Origin: an uncultured Bacteroidota bacterium
Lineage (GTDB): Bacteria; Bacteroidota; Bacteroidia; Flavobacteriales; Flavobacteriaceae
Direction of reading: 5' to 3'
DNA: 64,000 nt
Assembly (NCBI GenBank): GCA_902560045.1
Contig: CACEKJ010000004.1
Span: 12,224 to 76,223, forward strand
Positions 9,053 through 19,300 of the stretch are shown piece by piece. Under the pieces are notes generated by a model. The model made no database searches and was not told the origin of the DNA. It saw only the letters and a list, made by a program, of their open reading frames with translations. Both the position numbers and the translations under genes were made by a program. Position 1 is the first letter of the stretch. Each line of letters starts with the position of its first letter.

Positions 9053-9805
9053 ATGTTAAAAATTAAAAATATACACGCAAAAATTGAAGACAAAGGAATT
9101 CTGAAAGGAATTGACCTTGAAATTAAAGCTGGTGAAATTCATGCAATCATGGGGCCTAATGGATCCGGTAAAAGTACACTAGCGTCTGTCATAACGGGTA
9201 AGGAAGAATATGAGGTAACTGAGGGTGAGATTCTATTTGAAAACGAGGACTTAGAGGAAGTATCACCTGAGGAAAGAGCACATAAAGGGATATTTATGTC
9301 ATTTCAATATCCAATTGAAATTCCTGGGATCACGACTACCAACTTTATCAAAACTGCGATTAACGAAACAAGAAAAGCTAGAGGTGAAAATGATATGCCT
9401 GCAAAAGATATGCTTAAAATGTTAAGAGAGAAATGTGATCTGTTAGATATTGATCAAAAATTTCTTTCTCGCTCAATAAATGATGGCTTTTCGGGTGGAG
9501 AGAAAAAAAGAAATGAAATTTTTCAAATGGCTATGTTAGAACCCAAACTTGCAATACTAGATGAAACGGACTCAGGGCTTGATATCGACGCATTAAAAAT
9601 CGTTGCAAATGGAGTAAATAAATTAAAGAGTAAAGACAATGCAGTTTTAGTAATTACTCATTACCAAAGGCTTTTGGATTATATTGTTCCTGATTATGTT
9701 CATGTGTTATTTGACGGTAAAATTGTCAAGTCTGGAACAAAAGATTTAGCTCACGAATTAGAGAAAAAAGGTTATGACTGGATAAAAGAGGAAGTAAATA
9801 AGTAA
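9053..9805 (+). CDS. sufC: Fe-S cluster assembly ATPase SufC
   Basis: Walker A GPNGSGKST, ABC signature FSGGEKKR and Walker B ILDETDSGLD. Confidence 0.95.
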   Translation: MLKIKNIHAKIEDKGILKGIDLEIKAGEIHAIMGPNGSGKSTLASVITGKEEYEVTEGEILFENEDLEEVSPEERAHKGIFMSFQYPIEIPGITTTNFIKTAINETRKARGENDMPAKDMLKMLREKCDLLDIDQKFLSRSINDGFSGGEKKRNEIFQMAMLEPKLAILDETDSGLDIDALKIVANGVNKLKSKDNAVLVITHYQRLLDYIVPDYVHVLFDGKIVKSGTKDLAHELEKKGYDWIKEEVNK

Positions 9806-9807
9806 AC

Positions 9808-11124
9808 ATGTCACAGCTTAAAGAAAAATTATTATCGTCTTTTATCGCATTTGAGGAACAAAAAAATATTGACTCATATGTACACGGAATAAGAACAAAA
9901 GCAATCAAAAAGTTTGAAAAAGAGGGTTTTCCGACAAAAAAAATGGAAGCCTGGAAATATACTTCTCTTAAAAAGACACTCAATTACGACTATAAATTAT
10001 TTCCTACTGCTACAGAAACTTTAGAATTCAAAGACATTAAAGACTTTTTAATTGATGATATTGAGTCATACAAAATAATTTTTGTTGACGGAAAATATTG
10101 CTCTCATCTTTCTGAAACAACTCATGACGGTATGGATATCTGTATTCTATCCTCTGCGCTTTCTCAATCAAAATATGATCTAGTAATTGAAAATTATTTT
10201 GATAAAATTTCTAAAAAAGACGGGATAACATCTTTAAATACAGCGTTTTCAAGTGAAGGTTCTTACATACATATTCCAAAAAATGTACAAGTTGACAAGC
10301 CTATTCAAATAGTTTATTTTTCAACAGGTAAAAATGAATCAGTCCTTTATCAACCTAGGAATTTGATCGTTGTTGATGAAAATTCACATGTTGAAATTAT
10401 TGAAAGACATCAGAGTTTAAGCAGCAACAGTATTTTAGTTAATAGTGTGTCTGAAATATATTGCAATGAAAGGTCAATTGTACAGCATTATAAAATTCAA
10501 GATGATAACAGAAATGCCTCTTTAATTGATAACACATTTATAAGTCAACAAAGAAATAGTGACTACACGCTTCATACATTTTCTTTTGGAGGTGAATTAA
10601 CAAGAAATAATCTTAGCATTTTCCAAAATGGTGAAAGAATTGAATCAACAATAAAAGGAATTACTATTATTGGAGAAAATCAACATGTTGACCACAACAC
10701 TCTTATTCATCATAAAAAACCAAATTGTAACAGTTATCAAGACTATAAAGGGATTTTTGGTGAGAATTCTGTTGGCGTTTTTAACGGGCAAGTACTGGTT
10801 GAAAAAGAGGCTCAAAAGACCAATGCCTTTCAGGCAAATAATAATATTTTAATTTCAGATAAAGCAACAATCAATACAAAACCACAGCTTGAAATATTTG
10901 CTGATGATGTTAAGTGTTCTCATGGATGCACAGTAGGTCAACTTGATAAAAATGCTCTTTTTTACTTAAGATCTCGTGGTATTCCAGAAAAAGAAGCTAC
11001 TGCATTACTTATGTTTGGTTTTGCAAATAAAGTATTAAGCAGTGTTAGTATTCCTGAGGTCAAAACAAGAATCAATAATATTATAGCCAAAAAACTTGGG
11101 GTTAAAATAGGATTTGATATTTAA
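9808..11124 (+). CDS. sufD: Fe-S cluster assembly protein SufD
   Basis: 438 aa with a SufB/D-family beta-helix C-terminal region (LEIFADDVKCSHGCTVGQLD, LFYLRSRGI). It sits between sufC and sufS. Confidence 0.9.
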   Translation: MSQLKEKLLSSFIAFEEQKNIDSYVHGIRTKAIKKFEKEGFPTKKMEAWKYTSLKKTLNYDYKLFPTATETLEFKDIKDFLIDDIESYKIIFVDGKYCSHLSETTHDGMDICILSSALSQSKYDLVIENYFDKISKKDGITSLNTAFSSEGSYIHIPKNVQVDKPIQIVYFSTGKNESVLYQPRNLIVVDENSHVEIIERHQSLSSNSILVNSVSEIYCNERSIVQHYKIQDDNRNASLIDNTFISQQRNSDYTLHTFSFGGELTRNNLSIFQNGERIESTIKGITIIGENQHVDHNTLIHHKKPNCNSYQDYKGIFGENSVGVFNGQVLVEKEAQKTNAFQANNNILISDKATINTKPQLEIFADDVKCSHGCTVGQLDKNALFYLRSRGIPEKEATALLMFGFANKVLSSVSIPEVKTRINNIIAKKLGVKIGFDI

Positions 11125-11125
11125 A

Positions 11126-12349
11126 ATGGAAATTTTAAAAAACATAGAGTCAATTAGAAAGGATTTCCCAATTCTAAACACGAAAGTAAACGGTAATCAA
11201 TTAATATATTTTGATAATGCAGCAACTTCACAAACTCCTAATTGTGTAATCAAATCCATTTCAGATTATTATAAAAGTCTTAATTCAAATATCCACAGAG
11301 GTGTCCATAAATTAAGTCAATTAGCTACTGATAAATACGAGGAATCCAGAAAAAAGTTTAAAGAACATTTTAATGCAAGCAGTACTACTGAAATTATATT
11401 CACCCCAGGAACCACTCACAGCATTAATCTTATTTCAAACGGATTTATAAAGTTTTTAAAAAAAGACGATGAAATAATTGTTTCTCAATTGGAACATCAC
11501 AGCAATATAGTTCCATGGCAAATGCTATGTGAAAAGACTGGAGCAATTATGAAGGTTATTCCGATGAATGAAAAAGGAGAATTAAATCTTTCTAAATTTT
11601 CATCACTTTTGAATAGTAAAACAAAAATTGTTTTTGTAAATCATGTTTCAAATGCCTTAGGAACTGTTAATCCTATTGAAATTATAATTGAAAAATCTCA
11701 CCAGGCAGGAGCCGCTGTTTTGATTGATGGTGCTCAGGCTGCACCTCATTTTGAAATCGATGTTAAAAAACTCGATGTTGATTTTTATGTCTGCTCAGCT
11801 CATAAACTTTGCGGACCAACAGGCGTAGGGATTTTATATGGAAAAAAAGAATGGCTTGAAAAACTTCCTCCCTATCAAGGTGGAGGGGAAATGATTGACC
11901 AAGTATCTTTTGAAAAGTCTACCTATGCTGATCTTCCCAATAAATTTGAAGCTGGAACTCCGAATATCTCGGGGGTAATTGCCTCTGGAATAGCCTTAGA
12001 CTATATAAATAAACTTGGTCTTGAAAATATCAAGAAATACGAAGACTATTTACTTGATCATGCCACTTCCAAACTTAAAGAAATTGAAGGGGTAAAAATT
12101 TATGGAGAAGCTAAAATAAAAACTTCTGTGATATCATTTAATATTAAAAATATTCATCCCTATGATGTTGGTAGTGTTATTGACAATTTAGGAATCGCGG
12201 TTAGAACTGGGCATCATTGTGCACAACCCATTATGGATTATTTTGATATTCCTGGCACAATTAGAATCTCATTTAGTTTTTATAATACAATAGATGAAAT
12301 TAATATTTTAATTGAGGCGCTTAAAAAAGCCTCAAAAATGTTATCTTAA
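11126..12349 (+). CDS. sufS: Cysteine desulfurase, SufS subfamily (PLP-dependent)
   Basis: FDNAATSQ, the PLP-lysine region SAHKLCGPTG and the active-site loop RTGHHCAQP. ATG 11126 (MEILKN...) follows the sufD stop by 1 nt. The track's TTG at 11114 would overlap sufD. Confidence 0.9.
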   Translation: MEILKNIESIRKDFPILNTKVNGNQLIYFDNAATSQTPNCVIKSISDYYKSLNSNIHRGVHKLSQLATDKYEESRKKFKEHFNASSTTEIIFTPGTTHSINLISNGFIKFLKKDDEIIVSQLEHHSNIVPWQMLCEKTGAIMKVIPMNEKGELNLSKFSSLLNSKTKIVFVNHVSNALGTVNPIEIIIEKSHQAGAAVLIDGAQAAPHFEIDVKKLDVDFYVCSAHKLCGPTGVGILYGKKEWLEKLPPYQGGGEMIDQVSFEKSTYADLPNKFEAGTPNISGVIASGIALDYINKLGLENIKKYEDYLLDHATSKLKEIEGVKIYGEAKIKTSVISFNIKNIHPYDVGSVIDNLGIAVRTGHHCAQPIMDYFDIPGTIRISFSFYNTIDEINILIEALKKASKMLS

Positions 12350-12382
12350 TCTCAGTTAAATCATTTTCTAAAAAAATCACAT

Positions 12383-12802
12383 TTGAATATTAATAACATA
12401 CAAAATGAAATCGTAGAAGAGTTTGATATATTCGATACCTGGATGGATAAATACGAGTATCTAATAGAGCTTGGGAAATCTGTTCCTAAAATCAGTGAAG
12501 AAAATAAAAAAGAGGAGAATATAATAAAAGGATGTCAAAGTAAAGTTTGGCTTCATGCTGAAAAAGAAGATGGGCTGGTTAAATTTTATGCTGATAGTGA
12601 CGCAATTATTACCAAAGGAATTATTAGCTTATTGATTAGAACATTTTCAAATCAAAACCCTGCTGATATAATCAATGCCAACACAGATTTTATAGATAAA
12701 ATTGGTTTGAGGCAACATTTATCAGCCAACAGAGCCAATGGGCTTAATAACATGATAAAAAAAATAAAATATTATGCAATTGCATTTTCAAAATTAAGTT
12801 AA
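12383..12802 (+). CDS. sufE: SufE-family sulfur acceptor protein
   Basis: 139 aa with the conserved IKGCQSKVWL cysteine loop and ADSDA..KG motif. It apparently starts at TTG, as no in-frame ATG occurs near the N-terminus. Confidence 0.85.
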   Translation: MNINNIQNEIVEEFDIFDTWMDKYEYLIELGKSVPKISEENKKEENIIKGCQSKVWLHAEKEDGLVKFYADSDAIITKGIISLLIRTFSNQNPADIINANTDFIDKIGLRQHLSANRANGLNNMIKKIKYYAIAFSKLS

Positions 12803-13129
12803 ATGGGTAAAGAAAAATTTGATCCAAATATATTAGGTGAAAAAATAATCAAAACGATTAAAACAATTTTTGATCCTGAAATCCCTGTTGATATATATGA
12901 GCTTGGCTTAATTTATGATATTATGATAAATGAGGATTTTGATGTAAAAATTATGATGACTTTGACAACACCAAATTGTCCCGTTGCAGAAACACTTCCT
13001 GTTGATGTGGAGGAAAAAGTAAAAACTGTTGAAGGTGTAAATGACGTGAAAGTTGAAATTACATTTGAACCTGCTTGGTCACAAGATTTAATGAGTGATG
13101 AAGCTAAATTAGAATTAGGAATTTTATAG
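12803..13129 (+). CDS. SUF-associated DUF59 (MIP18/SufT-like) Fe-S assembly protein
   Basis: 108 aa with DPEIPVDIYELGLIY and LTTPNCPV motifs. Its start abuts the sufE stop. Confidence 0.85.
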   Translation: MGKEKFDPNILGEKIIKTIKTIFDPEIPVDIYELGLIYDIMINEDFDVKIMMTLTTPNCPVAETLPVDVEEKVKTVEGVNDVKVEITFEPAWSQDLMSDEAKLELGIL

Positions 13130-13132
13130 ATT

Positions 13133-14551
13133 ATGAAAAGAATAGGTATTGATGCAATTTCATACTATGTACCTTCTATTTACTTATCAATTGAAGAGCT
13201 TTCAAAAAATAGAAACTTAAATTACGAGAAGTTAAATAAAGGATTGGGGTTAGAAAAAATGGCCATCGCTGACTCAAATGAAGACCCCTCATCATTTGCA
13301 GCCAATGCATTAATTGATTTATTTGAAAAAAATAAGCTTAACCCGAAACATGTAGGAAGAATTTATATGGGTACTGAGAGTGCGCTGGATGCCTCTAAAC
13401 CTTCAGCAACTTATGCTACAGATTTGGTCGAAAAATACTTTGAAAAAGAATATGGGGAAAGATGTTTGAAAAATTGTGATATTGCTGATCTGACATTTGC
13501 ATGTATTGGCGGAGTAGATGCATTACAAAATACAATTGATTGGATATCAAGAAATCCTGGTAAAAAAGCTATTGTCGTGTCTTCAGATTTATCAAAATAT
13601 GAACTTAATTCAACAGGTGAATATACTCAAGGAGCAGGAGCGGTTGCATTACTTATTTCTGAAAATCCTTCTATTCTTTCCATTGAAAATCAATGGGGTG
13701 TCGCCACAAAGAGTGAAAACGATTTTTTTAAACCAAGAAGGGCTTTTGATAAAACGACACTTATCAATGAAATAATTTCCAAATTACAATTGAATATTTC
13801 TGACAAAGAATTTGAAAAAAACTTATCTGATTCTTCATTCTGGAATAACAATAGTGATATAATCGAAGTGTTTAAAGATGAACCTATTTTTGACGGTCAA
13901 TTTTCAAATTCGTGTTATGTTGATAGAATGCAGGAAGCATTTACTCATTTTCAAGAACAGAAAAAAACCAATTTTTTAAATGACTGGAATCACCTAATCT
14001 TTCATTTACCTTATGCTTTTCATGGTAGAAGAATGATTTTTAATAATTGGTTGAAATGGGTTAAGGATGATCCAATTTATAAAGACTTAACCAATGAAGT
14101 AGGCCCCGAGACAAATGAAGACTTCAATAAGAAAGCATATAAGTCATCACTTTATAAAGCGTTTGTTGAAAAGAAAATTTGTCCCGGTGAAAAAGCTTCT
14201 TCATCAATCGGAAACATGTATTCAGCCTCAGTTTTTATGTCACTACTTAGCATGCTTAATTATCATTTTGATAGGAATAATGAACTGGCTGGTGAAAAAG
14301 TAGGATTTATAAGTTACGGAAGTGGATCAAAAGCAAAAATATTTCAAGGTATTATCCAAGATGATTGGAAAAGTAAAATTAAAACCTCTAAACTTTTTGA
14401 CTCTTTACAAACTAGAAAAGAAATATCTTTTTCAAACTATGAAAACTTACATAAAAATAAGGATGTTTCTCCCCTGTCTAATCAAAATGCAAGATTTTCA
14501 CACACTGATAAAGAGATAAACTCTAAAGGTTATAGACGTTATAAAATTTAA
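13133..14551 (+). CDS. mvaS: Hydroxymethylglutaryl-CoA synthase (mevalonate pathway), long flavobacterial form
   Basis: Thiolase-like fold with GTESALDASKP (catalytic Glu region), FACIGGVDAL (catalytic Cys), HLPYAFHGRRM (His) and GNMYSAS. Confidence 0.8.
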   Translation: MKRIGIDAISYYVPSIYLSIEELSKNRNLNYEKLNKGLGLEKMAIADSNEDPSSFAANALIDLFEKNKLNPKHVGRIYMGTESALDASKPSATYATDLVEKYFEKEYGERCLKNCDIADLTFACIGGVDALQNTIDWISRNPGKKAIVVSSDLSKYELNSTGEYTQGAGAVALLISENPSILSIENQWGVATKSENDFFKPRRAFDKTTLINEIISKLQLNISDKEFEKNLSDSSFWNNNSDIIEVFKDEPIFDGQFSNSCYVDRMQEAFTHFQEQKKTNFLNDWNHLIFHLPYAFHGRRMIFNNWLKWVKDDPIYKDLTNEVGPETNEDFNKKAYKSSLYKAFVEKKICPGEKASSSIGNMYSASVFMSLLSMLNYHFDRNNELAGEKVGFISYGSGSKAKIFQGIIQDDWKSKIKTSKLFDSLQTRKEISFSNYENLHKNKDVSPLSNQNARFSHTDKEINSKGYRRYKI

Positions 14552-15060
14552 TGGACGAAAATATTATAAATAGAGTTCAAAAAAGCGGAATAATTACCAT
14601 CGATCTCGATGATGTTAATATTCCTGATAATTTATTTGAAATTGATATTAAAAATTGGCTTCATGATGAATTATTTTTAAAGGAAAAAGAGTATAGAAAT
14701 AATATTTTAAATCATGATTGGAGTAAATATAAAAATGGTTATGTTTTTATTCATTGCAGCAGTGATGCAATTATCCCTACCTGGGCATACATGCTTATTT
14801 CATCAAAAATTGAAGAGGTAACTGATAAAGTAGTAATTGGAGATTTGAAAAAAATTTATGACCTAATTTTTGACGAATACCTAAGTGACTTAGATTTTAC
14901 AAAATTTACAAATAAATCAGTGATTGTTAAAGGTTGTTCAAGGGAAACAATTCCTCTTTCAGCATATCATACATTAACTATAAAACTTAAACCTTTTGCT
15001 AAAAGTATTATGTATGGAGAAGCTTGCTCTGCAGTACCCGTTTTTAAAAAACCTAAATAA
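14551..15060 (+). CDS. DUF2480-family protein (conserved SUF-neighbour in Bacteroidota)
   Basis: 169 aa with the N-terminus INRVQKSGIITIDLDD typical of the family. Its ATG overlaps the mvaS stop codon by 1 nt (TAATG). Confidence 0.7.
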   Translation: MDENIINRVQKSGIITIDLDDVNIPDNLFEIDIKNWLHDELFLKEKEYRNNILNHDWSKYKNGYVFIHCSSDAIIPTWAYMLISSKIEEVTDKVVIGDLKKIYDLIFDEYLSDLDFTKFTNKSVIVKGCSRETIPLSAYHTLTIKLKPFAKSIMYGEACSAVPVFKKPK

Positions 15061-16231
15061 TTTCAGGATATAAAAAGTTATTATAAGGAAATCTTGTGAC
15101 ATGTATTTCTCTGACTTTAGAATACATTAATTCTTTTAAGTCATCAATATTTTTTTTATCCTTTGCTGAAATAAAAATTACATTTTCACCCAGTTCATTC
15201 ATCCAGGTTTTCTTCCACTGGTCTAAAGTATAGTGTTTCTTTGTTCTCTCAGTAATTAAGTCATCTTCTTCAATTTCAACTGCCTGATAATTGTCAATTT
15301 TATTAAAAACAAGTAATGTGGGTTTATTTAAAGATTTTATCTCACTTAGAATTTTTTCAACCGACTGTTTGTGTTCTTCAAAATTAGAGTGTGTAATATC
15401 AATAACATGTAATAAGAGATCTGCCTCTCGAACTTCATCCAATGTACTCTTAAATGATTCAACAAGCTGTGTTGGTAATTTTCTTATAAAACCAACAGTA
15501 TCACTGATTAAAAAGGGAAGGTTTCCAATAACTAATTTTCTAACCGTAGTATCTAAAGTTGCAAACAACTTATCTTCTGCAAATACTTTTGACTTACATA
15601 ATAAATTCATCAAAGTAGATTTTCCAACATTGGTATAGCCAACGATTGCAACACGAACAAGCTTTCCTCTGTTACCTCTTTGGACATGCATTTGCTTATC
15701 AATTGCCTTAATCTTATTCTTTAATAATGAAATTTTATTTCGTACTATTCTCCTATCAGTTTCAATTTCAGTTTCTCCGGGACCTCTCATTCCAATACCC
15801 CCTTTTTGCCTTTCGAGATGTGTCCACATTCCTTTTAGTCTAGGAAGTAGATATTGACATTGTGCGAGCTCAACCTGTGTTTTTGCATAACTAGTCTTGG
15901 CTCTTTGAGCAAAAATATCTAGTATCAGATTTGTTCTATCAAGAATTTTACAATTAAATATTTTGCTAATATTTCTTTCTTGTGTAGCAGAAAGTTCGTC
16001 GTCAAAAATTACAGTTTGAATATTATTTTCTTTTATGTATTCACGAATTTCGTTTATTTTTCCCTCACCAATAAAGGTTTTTGGATTTGGGTTATTTAAC
16101 TTTTGGGTAAAAGTTTTAGTCACGGTTCCGCCAGCGGTCATTGTTAAAAAAGCCAATTCATCTAAATAGTCCATTGACTTCTCTAGTCCTTGCTCGTGAG
16201 TTATAATTCCTATAAGTACGGTTTTTTCCAA
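15053..16231 (-). CDS. hflX: GTPase HflX
   Basis: HflX N-terminal domain plus G-domain motifs GYTNVGKST, DTVGF and NKID. Confidence 0.9.
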   Translation of the reverse strand: MEKTVLIGIITHEQGLEKSMDYLDELAFLTMTAGGTVTKTFTQKLNNPNPKTFIGEGKINEIREYIKENNIQTVIFDDELSATQERNISKIFNCKILDRTNLILDIFAQRAKTSYAKTQVELAQCQYLLPRLKGMWTHLERQKGGIGMRGPGETEIETDRRIVRNKISLLKNKIKAIDKQMHVQRGNRGKLVRVAIVGYTNVGKSTLMNLLCKSKVFAEDKLFATLDTTVRKLVIGNLPFLISDTVGFIRKLPTQLVESFKSTLDEVREADLLLHVIDITHSNFEEHKQSVEKILSEIKSLNKPTLLVFNKIDNYQAVEIEEDDLITERTKKHYTLDQWKKTWMNELGENVIFISAKDKKNIDDLKELMYSKVREIHVTRFPYNNFLYPEII

Positions 16232-16269
16232 CTTTTAAAATATTCAGGTTGACAAATTTAAGCTAATTA

Positions 16270-16277
16270 TAAATTTG
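16270..16277 (+). promoter_or_regulatory. Candidate promoter of the T9SS type-B cargo locus (-7 TAAATTTG; -33 TTG at 16249-16251)
   Basis: Matches TAnnTTTG with a TTG 18 nt upstream. It lies in the 113-bp gap between divergent hflX and cargo gene 1. Confidence 0.35.
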
Positions 16278-16344
16278 ATTATCAAAAATCATAATTTTTC
16301 ATATTCCATTTGTATATTTAAGTAACTAATCAAATACATTTAAC

Positions 16345-19300
16345 TTGAGATATATAATAATATTTGTGTTAAGTATTTTTCATCTAACTACTTATGCACA
16401 GCAGAATTTAACTGTTGATTGTACTGCTGGTCCAGTTTCTACAACTTTTTGTTATGACACTGGTCTAGACAACAGCTATACTTTCACCTCCAATGACGGA
16501 ACACCTTTAAACTTAACCATTGATGAAGGTCAAGTGGAAAACAATTGGGATGAGTTAGTCATCCGTGATTCTGATGGAACTGAATTATATAATGGCTACG
16601 GAAACGTAGGTGATATCTCAGGACTAACCTTTCAATCTAGTGGGGATACAATTGAATTTGAAGTAGTTGAAGATGGAAGTATCAGTTGTGTATCGTCTGG
16701 ATATATCCCTATCACATTTACAGTATCATGTGCTACATGTATAAATCCACAAGTTAATTATGAAGTTGTTTCTGATTGTTTAAATGCTCCTCAATTTTTT
16801 GTAGATGTGGATGTAGTTGACCTAGGATCTGCTGGAAGTTTAACACTTTCAGATAATCAAGGAAATAGTTCAAGTGTAAATAATACAGGAACTGTTCAGT
16901 TTGGTCCTTATGCAAATAATACAGATGTACAATTTACAGCAGAAAATGATGATGATGTGAATTGCTCAATTTCAAGTGGATCTTTAACCCAAGAATATTG
17001 TGCAGTTACATTGGTTGATTGTGGGGTTGGACCCGTATCGAGCTCATACTGTTCTGGAAATAATGATACTACACAATTCGAATACGTTAGCTCTGACGGA
17101 TCCCCCTTAAATCTTACAATTGATTCGGGAAATGTTGAAAATAATTACGATGAACTTGTAATTGTTGACTCCGATGGAGTAACTGAGCTATATAATGGCT
17201 ATGGAAATTCTGGAGATATAACAGGACTAACTTTTCAGTCTTCTGGAAATACCATTTATTTTTCGGTTATTTCTGATGGGTCTGTAAGTTGTCAATCCGG
17301 ATCTGGTGCATTAGCAGACGGAATTAATTATACTGTGGCTTGTGCTACTTGTACAAACCCATCTGCTGAATATACGGTAATTGACGATTGTGCCAATGGA
17401 GATCAATTCTTGATCGATGTTAATATTACAAGTATGGGTGACGCAGATTCATTAACAATTTCTGATAACTATAGCACAAATACGGAACAAACTACTACGA
17501 CTGGTATTGTACAAATGGGGCCTTATCCATTCTTAACCGATATTGTAATTACAACATCTAACGACCAAGATGTAAACTGTGTAATAAATAGTAATCCAAT
17601 ACAATTATTTGCATGCCCGCCAGAAAATGATAATTGTAGTGGGGCAATAGAAGCAGTGGTAAATGCTGATCAGTCATGTAGCTTAACAACTCAAGGGACA
17701 TTAAGTGGCGCCTCCTATTCTGGAAATGACAGTAGTTGCTTAGCCGATATGGATGATGATGTGTGGTTTTCTTTTTCAGCACTAAGTGAAGTACAATCTA
17801 TTTCGATTCAAAATATAAGCGGAAGCACAAGTAACCTAGGTCATGCACTTTATGTTGGAACTGGAGATGTCTTATGTAGTACTCTTGAGGAGTTATATTG
17901 TGTCAATGAAACTGCGAGTGTCACTACGGACCTTACCATCGGAGTAACCTATCACGTCAGGGTTTTCTCCATTGGTCAAGAGCCTCAAGATGTTAATTTT
18001 GATTTATGTATAAGTGATGCTCCAGATAATACAGTTTGTGATAACGCTACAAATTTTTGTGGGGAAGGTGGAGCTCTTTACGGGGCAAACATATTTGATT
18101 ATCCTAGTCTTGGACAGATAGCCTGCTTGTATACAACTCCTAATCCATCGTGGAATACAATTCAAATTGGTGAGTCAGGAGACATTGATATTCAAATCAC
18201 TCAAAATACAGCATTTGACGATGATGGAAATGCAGTTGGAGCTGGGTTAGATGTAGATTTTGTAATATGGGGCCCTTTTGAAGCAGGATATAATTTTTGT
18301 GAAGATGGTATTCTTGACCAAGGCTGTCCTGACCCTGGAAATTGTCCAAATAATACCTCTAATGCAAACTTCTACCCATATGGAAACATTATTGATTGTA
18401 GCTACTCAGTATACAGTGTCGAAAATCTAACTATTGAAAATGCACTGGCCGGAGAAGTTTATATACTACTTGTGACAAATTACTCTAATAACCCTGGAAT
18501 AATTCAAATTGAGCAAACCAATGCCGGTGAGAATGGAGCTGGTTCTACTGTTGGGGAAATTGAAGTTGATTTGGGAAGCGATCAAACTTTTTGTGGATTC
18601 CCTGAATATGAAATTGTAGCAGAGGCTCCTTTTGGAGATTACTTCGAGTGGTATATTGACGGGGAGTTTATTGATAGTACAGAAAACAATTCTTTAGTGG
18701 TTAGCGAAACAGGTGAATATTCCGTGATTGTTTATGATCAACAATGTGGTTCTTCTGCTGAAGATTCTGTGCAAATAAATCTTTACCCAGAGTCTTATGC
18801 TTATACAACAGAAGATATAATAACATGTGACGACAGTTCAGACGATGGAGTTGAAAATTTTGATCTCTCTATTCAAAATGAAAATATTCTTGGAGGTCAA
18901 GATCCAGATGAATATTTAGTTACATATTATGAAACATTACAAGATGCTCAGTCTGGTGAAAATTCGGTAAGCACAGACTATACTAATACATCAAATCCAC
19001 AACAAATTTTTGCAAGAGTGGAAAATGTTGATGCTGTAGGTTCAAATTCTGGTTGTTTCTCAATCTCTGATTTTATGATTGAGGTAACAGGTGCTGTGCC
19101 TGATGCAATTTCACCTGAAGAGTATGTTTTATGTAATCCATTAGACCTTTCAAACACGCAAGTCTTTGATTTGAGTTCACAAAATGAAATTATTTTAGAA
19201 GGTCAAAATGTTGACAATTTTGAGGTTACCTATCATCTCTCTGAAGAAGATGCATTAAACGGTGTTAACTCTTTGGATACTCAATACCAAAATATCAGTA

